Shown piece by piece: positions 1 to 12,084 of a stretch of DNA of 64,000 nt. Origin of the DNA: Guillardia theta CCMP2712 (lineage: Eukaryota > Protista > Cryptophyta); the NCBI RefSeq assembly GCF_000315625.1, contig NW_005434582.1, positions 1 to 64,000 on the forward strand. Reading direction: 5' to 3'. The notes under the pieces were generated by a model. That model was not told where the DNA came from, made no database searches, and saw only the letters and a list, made by a program, of their open reading frames with translations. The number at the start of each line of letters is the position of its first letter. The stretch's first letter is position 1. Position numbers and translations under genes: made by a program.

Positions 1-92
1 AGGAGGAGGAGGAGGAAAGAGGGCAAGCAGGAGGGACGCAGTGTTGAGCGGCAGAGGAGGAGGAGCGAGGAAGTGAGAGGCTGCATGAGATA

Positions 93-1640
93 TTACGGCA
101 CACACGAGCTTTCTTCCTCACCTTCCTCCCTCTCTCTCATGTTGATCGGCCGATGGACAGGGGGAGGAAGGGGAGAACCAGGAGGTCGGAGGGAGCCAAG
201 GGAGGAGCAGGGAACGGCAGTGTAGGAGGAGGTGGAGGAGAAGGATTGTTGGTTGCCCTCACTCCTGGCTGATGCCAGGCCTGAGCTGGAAGAGGAGCTG
301 AGAAGAAATTCGCCGCTGACAGTCTTCATCCTCTGGTGGAAGTTGGAGGAGGAGACGTCCGGGTCCTTCCATGTGCCGTCAGACTCGTACTGTGAGCCAG
401 AGTTTGATAAAGTTGTGGAGGAAGGAAGGAGAGGAAGAGGAACGAGGAGGTTGAGGATGTGGATGAGAAAGAATGAGGAAGAGGAGGAACGAGGAGGAGG
501 AGGAGGAGGAGGAGGAGGAGGAGGAGGAGGAGGAGGAGGAGAAGGAGGAGGAGGAGATCTGCACAGACATTGTGTATCATTGATGTTTCTCCTCTGAGTT
601 GTGAGCTGCATCTCAGGGTCAGTTTGCTCTTCACCATCAGGGAAGTTTTTGACCCACCGCGACTTTCCGCCTCCTCCAGCCCCTTGCTGAGATGGTGCGT
701 GCGAGACATGACCTCGTTCTTGACGAGGATGTCGCTGAAGATCCTGGAGGAGGAGAGGAGAGGAGGAGGAGAAGCGAAGGATGAGAAGAAGAGGATGGAT
801 GAGAAGAGCAAGTGGAGATGAGAAGAGGACGGAGCAGCAGCAGGAGGAGGGGGGAGTATAAGGGTCAGCACCAGCCATTTCAGCCTCTCATCCAGCTCTT
901 ACTCCTGCTGCCGGACAAGTTCCTTTCCTTCCAGCGGCTCCTCGAGTCGATCCTCCTCCTCGTCCCCGGAGAACATGTCCTCGATTATGTGCTCGTACCT
1001 CGACAGGATCTGCGGCAGCCGTCAGCCTGCTCTGCGGGAGGAGGCAGCGGCTGCGCTACCGTCGGTCGGTTGATCGCCTTGGTCCGGACCAGCATGCCGT
1101 TGTGCTCAGTGAAGTCCTCGCGGAGGATATGGAAGCGACGAATCTGCTGGTGGTGTGAGAGGAGGCGAGAGGACGGAGGAGGAATGGAGTCGTTGAAGCG
1201 GAGGAAGAGCAGGCAGAGGATGAGCGAGAGGAGCAGAGAGATGAGAGTCATAGAGGCGGAGAAGGAGGAGGAGGAGGAGGAGGAAAAGGAGAGGGGAGGG
1301 GGGGCTGGGGTTGAGGAGAAAGTTGCGGCGGCAGTCCTACTTGTATCCAGCTGTCTTCTTCGGACGGATACATCTTTCTGCTCACCATGGAGGTCAGAGA
1401 GAGAAGGGAGGAGAGAAAGAAGAAGTCAAACAAGGTGGGAGGAGGAAGGTCTGACGCAGAGTGACGAAGGAAGGAAATGGTTGGAAGGAGGAAGGGGGAG
1501 GAGGGAGTGCTAGGAACAAGGAGGAAGGAAGAGGAGAACGGAGGGAGAGGAAGGGGGCAAGAGGAGGAGGGGACAGAGTCAGAGGCAGCAAGACCTGATG
1601 TACTGGTTCGCGACCTCGATGCTAGATCCTATCGTGCTGA
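93..1640 (-). CDS. Hypothetical multi-exon protein (fragmentary model)
   Basis: Short coding-like blocks (e.g. QIRRFHILREDFTEHNGMLVRTKAINRPT; IFSDILVKNEVMSRTHHLSKGLEEAESR) lie between pyrimidine-rich intron-like tracts on the minus strand. No family recognised; boundaries approximate. Confidence 0.35.
493..556. repeat. (GGA)n microsatellite
   Basis: Seen directly. Confidence 0.9.
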
Positions 1641-3250
1641 GGAATAGCGGACATCGTCGTGCTGACATGACCGTTGACGCTTCACTCCCCGCCTGACATC
1701 AACTCATATGAGACAGCAGAAGAGGTGCCCTCCTCCCCTCGAGCCTCCTCTACCCTCCCACAGGTATCCTTCAAGAGCGGCTTCCCGCTAGCAACAGAGG
1801 GAGGAGGAGGGACAGCGAGCTGCTTGACAAGCAAGACTGACGCAACCCACAAACTCTTTTACCTTGCTCGCCAGCTGCAACCCGCTCAGACCGAGGGCAA
1901 GACCGTTCCCGCCAGACTTCAGCGTCAGGAGGCAACCCAGCTGCCATGACTTGTCACAAGCATGTCAGCCAGCGGGCCCTGCCTCTTGCCTTGTTGCTTT
2001 TCGCATGCCCGACTATCATGCAGCGGCTGACAGCGTCGCTGCAGTGAAGCAAGAGCCACTCGAACTGCAAGGGTGTAACTCGTCACAAGCATCTCCTCCT
2101 CCTTCCCATCCTCCTCCTCCTCCTCCTCCTCCTCCTCCTTCTCATATCATCATCATCACCACCACCACCACCACTATCATCATCATCATGATCATGTTCA
2201 TATCGATTCTTCTGACAGTTCTGCAGATAAAACCAACCTCGTTCGACTCGATCCTGCCATCATCGTTACAAGAACACGCTTCAACACGTCACTCGCCACC
2301 ATTTTCCATCGGAGAGAAGCAGTCGTGCGATTGCCAGTGCATTCCCCGACTTCACGGTTCAAAAAGTTCAGCGAGGAATACATGGCAGGAGATCACCTGG
2401 GCAGCAAGAATCGCAGAGTTTGCGACACAGTGTCTCCTAAGGAAAGGTAAAGGAAAACATCGATCACTGACGAGACTACCGTTTCTTCACCACCTCCTCC
2501 TGATCTTGCATCGTACGATGACTCTGACGGGAAATGCTCAGTGGTTGTACCTCATGCCAAACTTGGAGGACAAGAGGACGACGCTGAAGACTGGAGGCGC
2601 ATGTCAGATGTTCTGTGTCAATTGTATTCTGCTCTCTCCCAGATGAATTTTCACTTTCAAAGCCTCTGCGTCTTCCCGAGTACTTTTCTATGCATCCGCC
2701 ATGTATCCCTGCACTTTTTCCTCTTTCGTGCTCTTAACTCCCGGAGTCCTGTACTTGATTCTTCCTGGTTAAGTTCACTTCCTCTACGTGTCACTGTCCT
2801 AGGGTCTCAACTTGAACCCTCCATGTCTCTTCGTTCCCTTCCCGGCCCGTCCCTTGCCACCATCTTTCCTTCGCTCGTTCGCCGCTTTCATCCCGATCAC
2901 TATATCACATACCTCGACCGTTCTTGCACCCCTACCCCCCTTTTCCACTTGCTTACCACCCTTACTGAAAGGAACCGATTCATTTGATTGTCGTTATTGA
3001 CCGTTATCATCTTGTCAAAAAATTCCGGGTCCGACGCCGACTCCGCCCACCATCATAGTATTCCGTCACCCCGGGCCCGGGCCCGGGCCCCGGACCCCGG
3101 CGGGCCACCGTCACGGGCGCCGCCGGCCGGGCTCTCAGCCTACGAGTCCGGGCCGGGCCATCAATGCCGGCCAGTGCCGCGCGGCCATCTTTGGCAACAA
3201 GATTTCGAACTGTTTACTCAAATTTCGAAGTACACTTGAAGGCTCCGACG

Positions 3251-4252
3251 ATGGCACCCTCAGCTCAGCCAAGATATGCTGGAAAACCGTCCGATGATGA
3301 TGATTGCTCAATGGAAGGGTCTTCTGGATCAGATCAGAGAGACATCAAGTAGTTTCAGTAGCCCAATCATGAATGATGTTGCACCGCGGCAGGTGGTAGT
3401 GAAGTTTCACTTGGTTTACTGATCTATTCGTTGGTGGACAAACAGCCCACACACAAGCTTTACTACGATATTCTATGATGTTACATGTGCTGTGCTGTGC
3501 TGTGCTGTGCTGTGCTGTGCTGTGACAGATGCGACATCGTCAATCGGATGCATCCTTGCTCCCACATGAGCCTCATGGTACAGATCTGTACCATTAAAGC
3601 GCCCTAGTGTTCAGCCAGGAATGGTATGTGCTGATCGTGTGTATCCCATCCTCCCATTCTCATCCTGCCATGCGCTTCTCAGATGGTTGACTTCTTAATC
3701 GTTGTCGCACACGCTCTTGCAAGCTGACAGCCAAAACATTTATTCATACATCACCCTCTATCAAACATCCTATAGTACAGTTGTCGTCATGACCCGGCAT
3801 CGGTGCCTCCTCCATGGCGTCATGCTGCCTCTACATCCCCCGGAGCCTGGCTGCACTCCGTTGCCTTCCTCCTGGCCTCCAGTAAGTTCGTCAAGCAGCT
3901 CCTTCTTCCTTCTCCCTCTCCCGATGCCTTCACGACAGGCTTGCAGGATATGCCAACGGGTCTGAGCGAACGCTTGAGCGAGAGCCTGCTGCTGGGAGCC
4001 GGTAGCCAGTCCTCCTTGAAGCGGATGGTGCGGGGAGGGAGGACTGGGCCAGTGCACATCGCGAGTGAGGAGAGCAGGGGAGCAAGTCCTAGTTTGATTC
4101 CTGGGGAAGGGTGTGGTAAAGATCGGAACACTCCGCTGCCAGGATATGAAGCGATGAGATCGTTTGTCAGCAAGGAGGTACTTGCCTGGCAAGGGTCAAA
4201 TGCAGGAAACGTAAGAGACAGATGGAGACAATTGAAGGATTATGGACCATGA
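3251..4252 (+). CDS. Hypothetical multi-exon protein
   Basis: ATG at 3251 (MAPSAQPRYAGKPSDDDD) followed by several short GT-AG introns with CTGAC/CTGAT-like sites. No family recognised; end uncertain. Confidence 0.3.
3487..3523. repeat. (TGTGC)n pentamer repeat
   Basis: Seen directly. Confidence 0.85.
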
Positions 4253-4792
4253 GGGTATGGGGGTGTGGGGGACCAAGAGGCTGACGACGGAAAACTCTGT
4301 ATGTCATATTTGACTATGAGGCGAGTGCCGCTGTAAACTTCTTCGGGCTCTTGCTTTATATCCTCTAGTACCATTTCTGTACCATGACAGCTCCGAACGC
4401 AACGGTTGGGGAACTTCGGAATGCCAGTCCAGGCCCGGTCAAGCCTCCTCAACTCTCCTGCCATGATTGTAAACGCCACCGCCCACTGCCCGCAGCGAGT
4501 CGAGTCGCCGGCCTCAGCAGCCCGGGGGGCGCTTCAAGTATTTGGGCCGGGCCGCCGGGTCGGGGCGGCCCGGGCCGGGCCGCCCGCCGCCGAGTCAGCA
4601 TCCGGCGGACTCAGTCCGGCGGATGCCTCAGGAGTCAGTAAGTAGGGTCAGTGGGGGGGATGCGGTATCGAAGATTTTCCCGCTCTTTCCATGCCGACAA
4701 CCTCGTATCAGTGGTGGGAAGGTAGCGACGAGGAGAGGCCGAGGACAGGGAAGAGGAGAGGGAGAAGGGGAGGGATATATGAGAGAGGGTCG

Positions 4793-7700
4793 ATGATGGT
4801 GAGAAGAAAGCGCGACAACAGCAAGAATCTCACGGGATTGAAAGAATTTGAACACGTAAGAATCTGTTTTGCTGCGTAGTAGGCTGTCCGTTTGGAGGTA
4901 GAGAATGGCCGCTGTGGATAGCGTGTCATATGATGTGTTCTTTGAAGATGATCTTTCAAATGCCATGCTATCAACTGGTGTGTACACCCGTTCACCAGCA
5001 AGTTTTGGTGCTGAACAAGACCCGAACGGATCTACAGGATCATACCGCAAGGACCTGCGTTTGGGAATGTATCACATTAGCAGCGAAGTGATCAATACAG
5101 AAGAAGCCAGCAGTGGCGATGAGTGTTTCTCAGAAAAGTTTTGTGAGAATGTGTTTCAACCCACAGAAAGCAGACCAGAACAATCTCGGTATACACTCAA
5201 CAAAGAATTCTGCAGTCGACAGAAAGAAACAGAAAGAAATGCGAGCCTCGACAGAAAGAAATGCGAGCCTTGTCAGGAGCAAGAAGCAGTTGCAAACAGT
5301 GAGGTGACTGCACCTCTGGCTTCATTCTCTTACGATGAGTCCTTGGGATCTCAACACTCTGTTCCACCTGAAGTGGCATTTCCTTCAAATCAAGAAGGAC
5401 AGGTTCATGGTGCGGTGCACAAGTCAAAGAGGAAGCAATCCCAGACAGCAACTGATCAATCATGCGTGAACACCTCTTATGAAATTCAAGACTCAGGATT
5501 GAAGAAAGTGAAAAGAACCTCATTTGACAAACATGACTTTGAAATGGTGTGCATATCTGAAACCGAGAAATCGAATAAAATGTTGGGAAATCAAAATGAT
5601 ATTTCAGAAACAATAGTAATGTGTGAAGGAAGTCATAGCCTTGCATCATTGCAGTCAAAAATTGAGATTCATCTGACCTCAACCGGGAATGTGGAACTTA
5701 ATTTTGAGTACCAAACAACCGAAAAAGACCCAGAAAAAAATACTCTACCGCATATATCACACCAAGACGGTGAAACCAACAAATCAAAACAGAAAGAACC
5801 GTGCGGAGAAGGAATGCCAGGCTACCCTCGCAGGCCAGTCAGGGGACAGCTGGCAAGGCTTCACGACGGGCGGGGGGAGACGGCTACAGGCATCAAGTAC
5901 AGGACTGAAGAAAGCAGAGGCGTTGTTCTCAGGGCTGGCAGGCGGGGAGGCTGGCAGAGAGACAGAAGAAGGTGCGGAGAAGGAATGCCAGGCTACCCTC
6001 GCAGGCCAGTCAGGGGACAGCTGGCAAGGCTTCACGACGGGCGGGGGGAGACGGCTACAGGCGTCAAGTACAGGACTGAAGAAAGCAGAGGCGTTGTTCT
6101 CAGGGCTGGCAGGCGAGGAGGCTGGCAGAGAGACAGAAGAAGGTGCGGAGAAGGAATGCCAGGCTACCCTCGCAGGCCAGTCAGGGGACAGCTGGCAAGG
6201 CTTCACGACGGGCGGGGGGAGACGGCTACAGGCGTCAAGTACAGGACTGAAGAAAGCAGAGGCGTTGTTCTCAGGGCTGGCAGGCGAGGAGGCTGGCAGA
6301 GAGACAGAAGAAGGTGCGGAGAAGGAATGCCAGGCTACCCTCGCAGGCCAGTCAGGGGACAGCTGGCAAGGCTTCACGACGGGCGGGGGGAGACGGCTAC
6401 AGGCGTCAAGTACAGGACTGAAGAAAGCAGAGGCGTTGTTCTCGGGGTTTGATTGTGTCGAGGAAGGTGAGTCGCAGGCTGAGTGTATGAACGGGTATAC
6501 GAACGGAACTCGGGATGAGGCTTCCCCTACTGATAGGAAAATGTTTCCAAGTCCGAAGGTACCCGCTCAAATTTTCTTTGTTGTGTTGAGTTTAGGATCT
6601 GTTTACGATGTCGATCAGAAATCTCTTGATTCGACGGGGCCTTTTGTAGTTTGCATTTCCAGTGCTGTTGAAAGGTAACTATCTGTCGTGTTGATGTTCA
6701 CTTGTAACATTTCTCAGCACTCAGAACTCTGGTCGACGAATAAGTAGTTTGTCACAGCCATCAACTTTCAATAGCTTCAATGCAACCCCTCAAGATTTTT
6801 CTGCTCGTTCGCCTGAGGTTGATCACAGATCTAAGTACCAATCAAAGACGGAATGCTTGTCGCAAAGTTCAGATCGACTTCAGGACAAGTGTGTCACCCC
6901 GATATCAAACTCAACTCCTAGCTCTTCGTTCTCTTCCAATACTAACTCAACGCCATATGGTCTTGTTTCTTGCAAGACATCCTCTGCTTCAAGATTTCGC
7001 AAGCCATTTAAGATGCCGCGGCGGACGGAGTGTACAGCATCAAAAGAGAAGACAGTTGAACGCAGAAAGATTTCTGATTCTTACCTTTATGAGAACATGC
7101 CACTTGATCAGAAATTGGTCACGCCCAAATTGCTGTTCTCCCCGCGGGGTGACAAATCCAATGTTGTGCACGAGCTATGTGGTACTTCGAATGTTCTACA
7201 ATTGTCCAAAACTGCTACAATTGGTCTTCACGACGCAGTGCATGGAGCATTTCCTTTTTCAGATGAATCAAATGGAAATATCAGTATCCAAGACTATGTC
7301 AAAATTGTTGGGATTACTGCCAAAAATGCAGTTAATGTAAAATTGCCTTGTGAAAGCAGTATATTCTTTGACAGTAACCAGCGGGAAACAAAGAATAATC
7401 ATGCCCAAGTCGGTGTGGATGAAATGTTTTCGAGGTTGCAAACAGTTAATAAGACAGGAGAGTCACTCGATGAGGGGTGGGCTAAACAGCACTACAGCTT
7501 GATTGTTTGGAAACTAGCTTCCATGGAGAGAGCTTTTCCGTCGATCTTTGGAGGAAGTTGCCTCTCTGCCGATAAAGTGTTCTTGCAACTTCTGAATAGG
7601 TACGACATAGAATATGTTCGGGGGAAACGGAGTGTTTTGACGAGGATCAAAGAAAGAGATGAGCTTGCGTCAATTCATTTGGTTCTTTGCGTGTTTGAAA

Positions 7701-9120
7701 TTACGTCTGAAGAAACCACAGTAAGAATGACAGATGGATGGAATTTCGTTGATGTCATTTTGGACGAGGTTTTGGTCACTTTCGTGAGAGGAGGTAAGAT
7801 TTTCGTGGGACAAAAGTTGAGATTGTACGGGTGTGAAATCATTCATCGAGAAGGAAAAGGAATAGCATTAAAGGCTGGAGTTAACAATACTCGAAGGGCT
7901 GAATGGTATGCCAAGCTTGGAGCGCAAAAGTGCAAGCCACCTTTTTTTGGGCTCAAGTCGATAAGACCTGGCGGTGGCGTTGTCCCTCGCATTCTGGTGG
8001 TCGTGCAGAGAGTCTTTCCTGTTTTGGTGATGGAAACTGATTCGAAAGGAAGGAAGGTTTGGAAATCATTAGAATTATATGCTAGGGCCCGGGAAGAAGT
8101 AAACCGCAAGCACGAGGAGTGTTGGGAGGAATTTTTGGCAAAGAGGGTTTGTTGCGATGACAGCGATGAGAATGTCAATCTTTCTGAACAGATTGCTGAT
8201 TTAAGGACAGAATTTCTGTGTACGACGGAGATGAAAGAGAGCGCAGCATGTCCTGTCTTTCGATTCAAGGTTACCTGCTTGCAGCAGCTAGCTTCGGAGT
8301 CACCTGTTCAAGCTTACATCACCTGCTGGAGACCTCAACCATCCATCGTCGAATCCATTCAAGAAGGAAAATGTCTTTCGATCTGCAATCTACAGTGCGG
8401 CAAAGTCACCAAAAATGATCGCATGTGTCTTTCCTTTCTGCCTGGAACTCAGATTTCTGCTTTTCACGATTCCAGAGCAGCTAGTTTGTTCTCGGAGAGG
8501 AAATTTCTCTCCATTGACAACCTTGACCATGTTTCCAACAGCGATGAATTTGATGTGATTGGAATAGTGGCGGCTATCGGCAGGAAATACGTACCTTCGG
8601 GGCAAAGGGAGCTCGAGGAAGATTCATATCATCAATTATTGGCATTGACATCAATCAAAAGGCAGATTGCTACAGAGGAACAAACTGACGTACAAGAGAA
8701 AATGGGCTCTCAATCTATCAAAGATTTTTTGATCGTCCGAATCAATCTGCATTCGGTCGCAGAGTTCAGACAGAGAGATTTGATAAGAGAACCTTTAGTA
8801 ATTAGCGTGAAAGATCTCAGGTAAGAATATTCGCTGATGAGATTATTGCGCTTATATTTGTTGAAGGAACATTAACATAGTATCAAGTGTAAGCGAAGTC
8901 GGTGCAGTCTACACAAGCTTCGCTTCTGAAGAAACCGAATTCCTGGATAGGCCTCGCGGGTCTAGCTTGAACGAGAAATTGTGGGATAATTGCATGCTTT
9001 GGTCCAAGAATGCCAAAGAGGAGCTTGAGGTGAATGAGTTCTCCCTCCACTTTGTCTGAGCTTCTATTGCAGCACAAGTGTCGCCTTGCAGAGGAGGTGA
9101 TCAAGGTTTTCATGATGTAG
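4793..9120 (+). CDS. BRCA2: BRCA2 homolog (BRC repeats, helical domain, OB folds); multi-exon, with an unresolved frame change near 5680-5800
   Basis: Four BRC-like repeats (GFTTGGGRRLQASSTGLKKAEALFSG). DNA-binding-domain motifs WAKQHYSLIVWKLASMERAFP, QLLNRYDIE, RSVLTRIKERDE, MTDGWNFV, GKIFVGQKL, NNTRRAEWYAKLG, VVVQRVFPV. Inferred introns 4856-4901, 6675-6717 and 8821-8866, plus a last intron near 9030-9072; stop TAG at 9118-9120. Confidence 0.92.
5801..6443 (+). repeat. Tandem array of four near-identical 171-bp units encoding 57-aa BRC-containing repeats
   Basis: Units start at 5801, 5972, 6143 and 6314; only about two substitutions seen between copies; the last copy is truncated. Confidence 0.95.
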
Positions 9121-9169
9121 ATGCATATTAGGGTCTATTCCTGTATTCGTTTTCTTCCTGGTGCTACTC

Positions 9170-10812
9170 TTACAGGTAGTGCTTGAGCCGATAGAGCAAA
9201 ACCTGCATAGAATGGTCAAGTCATGAACAATAATGGGGCAGGAAAGATCTACCTTCCCCCTGTCGTTTCCTATTGCAAGAAAACGATTGTTAGCGCTGAA
9301 ATCTACAGACGAGACATAGTGCAATGGTGTGGAGCTCGTGGGCCAGTTTGAGAAGACGCTGTTGGAGGAGACATGAAGTATCTTCAGACCCTCCTTCTTA
9401 ACATGCGACGCCATTGCCAGCGCCTGCCCGTCCGGGCTGAATCGAAGCTGCGAGATCGAGGTCGTAAGATTCATCACGGACTTCCTGGTTGCCGGATGGA
9501 TGACGCCGTAAGCGTCAGGGTCATGTCCATGGAACCCCCGGACGTCGTACGTGTTGACAACTCCGTTCTGCGAGCCACAGGCAAGAAGGCCTCCGTCGCC
9601 GGTGACAGCCAACGACGAGATCTTGAGAGAGCCTTCGTCTTCGATCTTCCTTACACACCTTCTCGTCCTCATGTCCCACTGATACACGATCGGGCTATCT
9701 CCAGCAGTGTAGAGGTAGCAGCCGTCTGGGCTGTAGGCGCAGCAGTTCACGTCGCAGTTCATCTTGAGATCGCCAATCTTCTGCTTCGTCTTCCTCGACA
9801 GGATCTGAACGCCTCCACATGTCGACAGGATGGAGATGAGCTTGTTGTCAGGCGACACGCAGAACTGTCCAAGAACGCGATCATGGTGCCCCAGGACTCC
9901 CTCAACCTTCTCGATCTGCGCTGCCGCCAGGTTATACACATAGAAGTGCTTCCGACGACCCGAGACAAACACTTCGTCTCCGTCAGCCGAGAACTCTGCG
10001 CTGGTGATGGGCAAGTCCTCAAAGTACACACTCTGTACCTTGGGGTTCTTCTTCCCGTCGACCTGGTAGAGGCGAAGCCTCTTGTCCAGGCCGGCAGTCA
10101 TCATCAGCTGGCTGTTGGTATGAAACCGAACAGTCTGGATGACACAGTCCGGCACATCGGAGATGTTGGCGTCTTTCATCCTCTCGACGTCAAGCACCGC
10201 AGAAGGGAGGAGTCGATTCTGACTGCCCGTTAACTTTGCTGTAGACTTCAGCAGGTTCATCCCGTCCTCCTCGCCATCTGCCGACTTGACGTTTGCCGCT
10301 CGCGTCGCCCAAGACACGTTGTTGTTGACCTTGAGCACCTGGCTCCTAAGTCGCTGAGCATATTCCTCGCCATCAATCGCTTCCTCCTCCTCGCTTTTGC
10401 GAAGTTTTTTGAGGCGATCTTTTGACTTGATGTCAACCGAAACATTCTTGTCGTCTTCGTCCTGCCAGGCAGGGACATCCTTGCTTCCTGAGCTAACCAT
10501 CGCCACTTCCTCTTCCTGTGCTGCCTCCTCGTCTGCTTCGGCCCCACTTGCTCCGAACAGAAGCTGCCTCCATTTCTCCTCCATGTCTATTCCATCGTTT
10601 TCAGCATCCTTTCCTTTCTTCTTCTGTTTTCCCTTTCCGTCCATCTCACCCGCATCTTGGCTGGAGGACGGAGCTTTCTTTCCCTTCTTCTTGTTCTCCC
10701 GGGCATCGTCGTCCTGCTTGCGGCTTGTCTTGCGACTCTTGACGCCTTCCTCCTCCTCTCCTGCCCTCCCGCCCTTCTTGTCTATCACGAACAGCATCTC
10801 TTCCTCCGCCAT
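9170..10812 (-). CDS. UTP18: U3 snoRNA-associated protein 18 (WD40)
   Basis: PAWQDEDD, RLKKLRK...EYAQRLR, LMMTAGLDKRLRLYQVDGKKNPKVQS, VFSNWPTSSTPL and LAIGNDRGK. A 50-nt intron at 9203-9252 gives the C-terminus VLLYRLKHYL*. Confidence 0.93.
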
Positions 10813-12084
10813 TTCGCACGTGCAGCAATCGGATACCAAATTCCAGTGACTGACCACATCCCCCCACCGTCATAGGCTGCGGCGCCCGGCTCGCCTCAGG
10901 GCCCGCCTCCCGGAGTCTGCCCTTGTCACTTGACGACTACTTGAACAATCCCTGAGAATACTGGGGATAAGAATCGGCCGTAGTTCGGCCAAGATGTACC
11001 TTGACAATCAGGGGCACTGTCAGGAAAAGAAAAATTGTTTGTGCTTCCCTCCATTCTGGGAGGGGGCCCGGGGAAACTGTATAGTCCTACCGTACTGTAC
11101 CGCCGCCACTGAACCCAGAGCCCACAAAGCTGATGAGAATTGATGTAACATTCGGAGTCACCATGTGCTATCACGCCACTGTTCTTTATCTCCCCGGCTA
11201 GCCCTCCCTTCCGCTGCCCTCCGACGGTGACGGCTGACTGCGCCCTCCCGGCGCCATGTCAGGAACTTGTGACTTCGGAACTCGGGAATGCTTGTCCGAT
11301 GGTTCCTCTGGAGGAACAAAATATCATTCCTTTGAAGGAACACTGTCACATGCAGAGTCGCCTCCGAGCCCGAGTCGAGCTGGCTGGATGACTAGCAAAG
11401 GGTGGTGTAGTGGAGGGACAGTGTTGAAGGGTAGGGACATATGCGTTCGCCACTAGCAAGAGATATAGAGGATATCAGAAGCAGGGGGTACGGGGGCACC
11501 GATCGCCATGATGGCGATGTTAGAAATTCCATGGCGAGTCCTTATCTTTCATTTCAGTACCGTTGAAAATTTTGTCAACTAATTTTCAAAGTTTAGATGA
11601 CATATTTAAATGTTCCTCCCCTACCCTTAGTGTCTTTTCTTTCAAGTTCATTGGACACCCTACCAGCCGTGACTGATGGAACATGCACCATACCACCTGA
11701 AGCACCTATCCCTCTCTCATCCTCGTTTGATCTTAGTGATACACTTATAAGATCTAATCGCTCTAGCCGAGGTGATTATTGCAGTCCTATGCCATGCCCT
11801 TTGCTTCGACAACCCCTACCCCCTTCTCCAACCTACATATAAACAACCCACCTACCCCCCACGTTTGTCTCTGGCGATGCCGTCCAACTGCTATCGCTGC
11901 AAGGCAAGGAGCAGCTGAGATGAGACGCTTGCTGGCCTTGCATACGTGATGGAGATGCTCTCATTTAAGCCCTCCCCCTCCCCCTCCCCCCCCCCACATC
12001 TCTTCCTTCCATCATTCTCTTCCTGTATTGCTGGAACACTTGGTGGTGACCTTCATAGATCGCTTTTGACTCGCGTTGCTCCAG

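Noticed and set aside
1674-2990. Possible plus-strand gene
   Set aside because: No coherent spliced model or motif could be built.
5784-6452. Repeat open in three frames suggesting overlapping genes
   Set aside because: A stop-free GC-rich unit stays open when tandemly repeated; only the BRC frame has a known motif.
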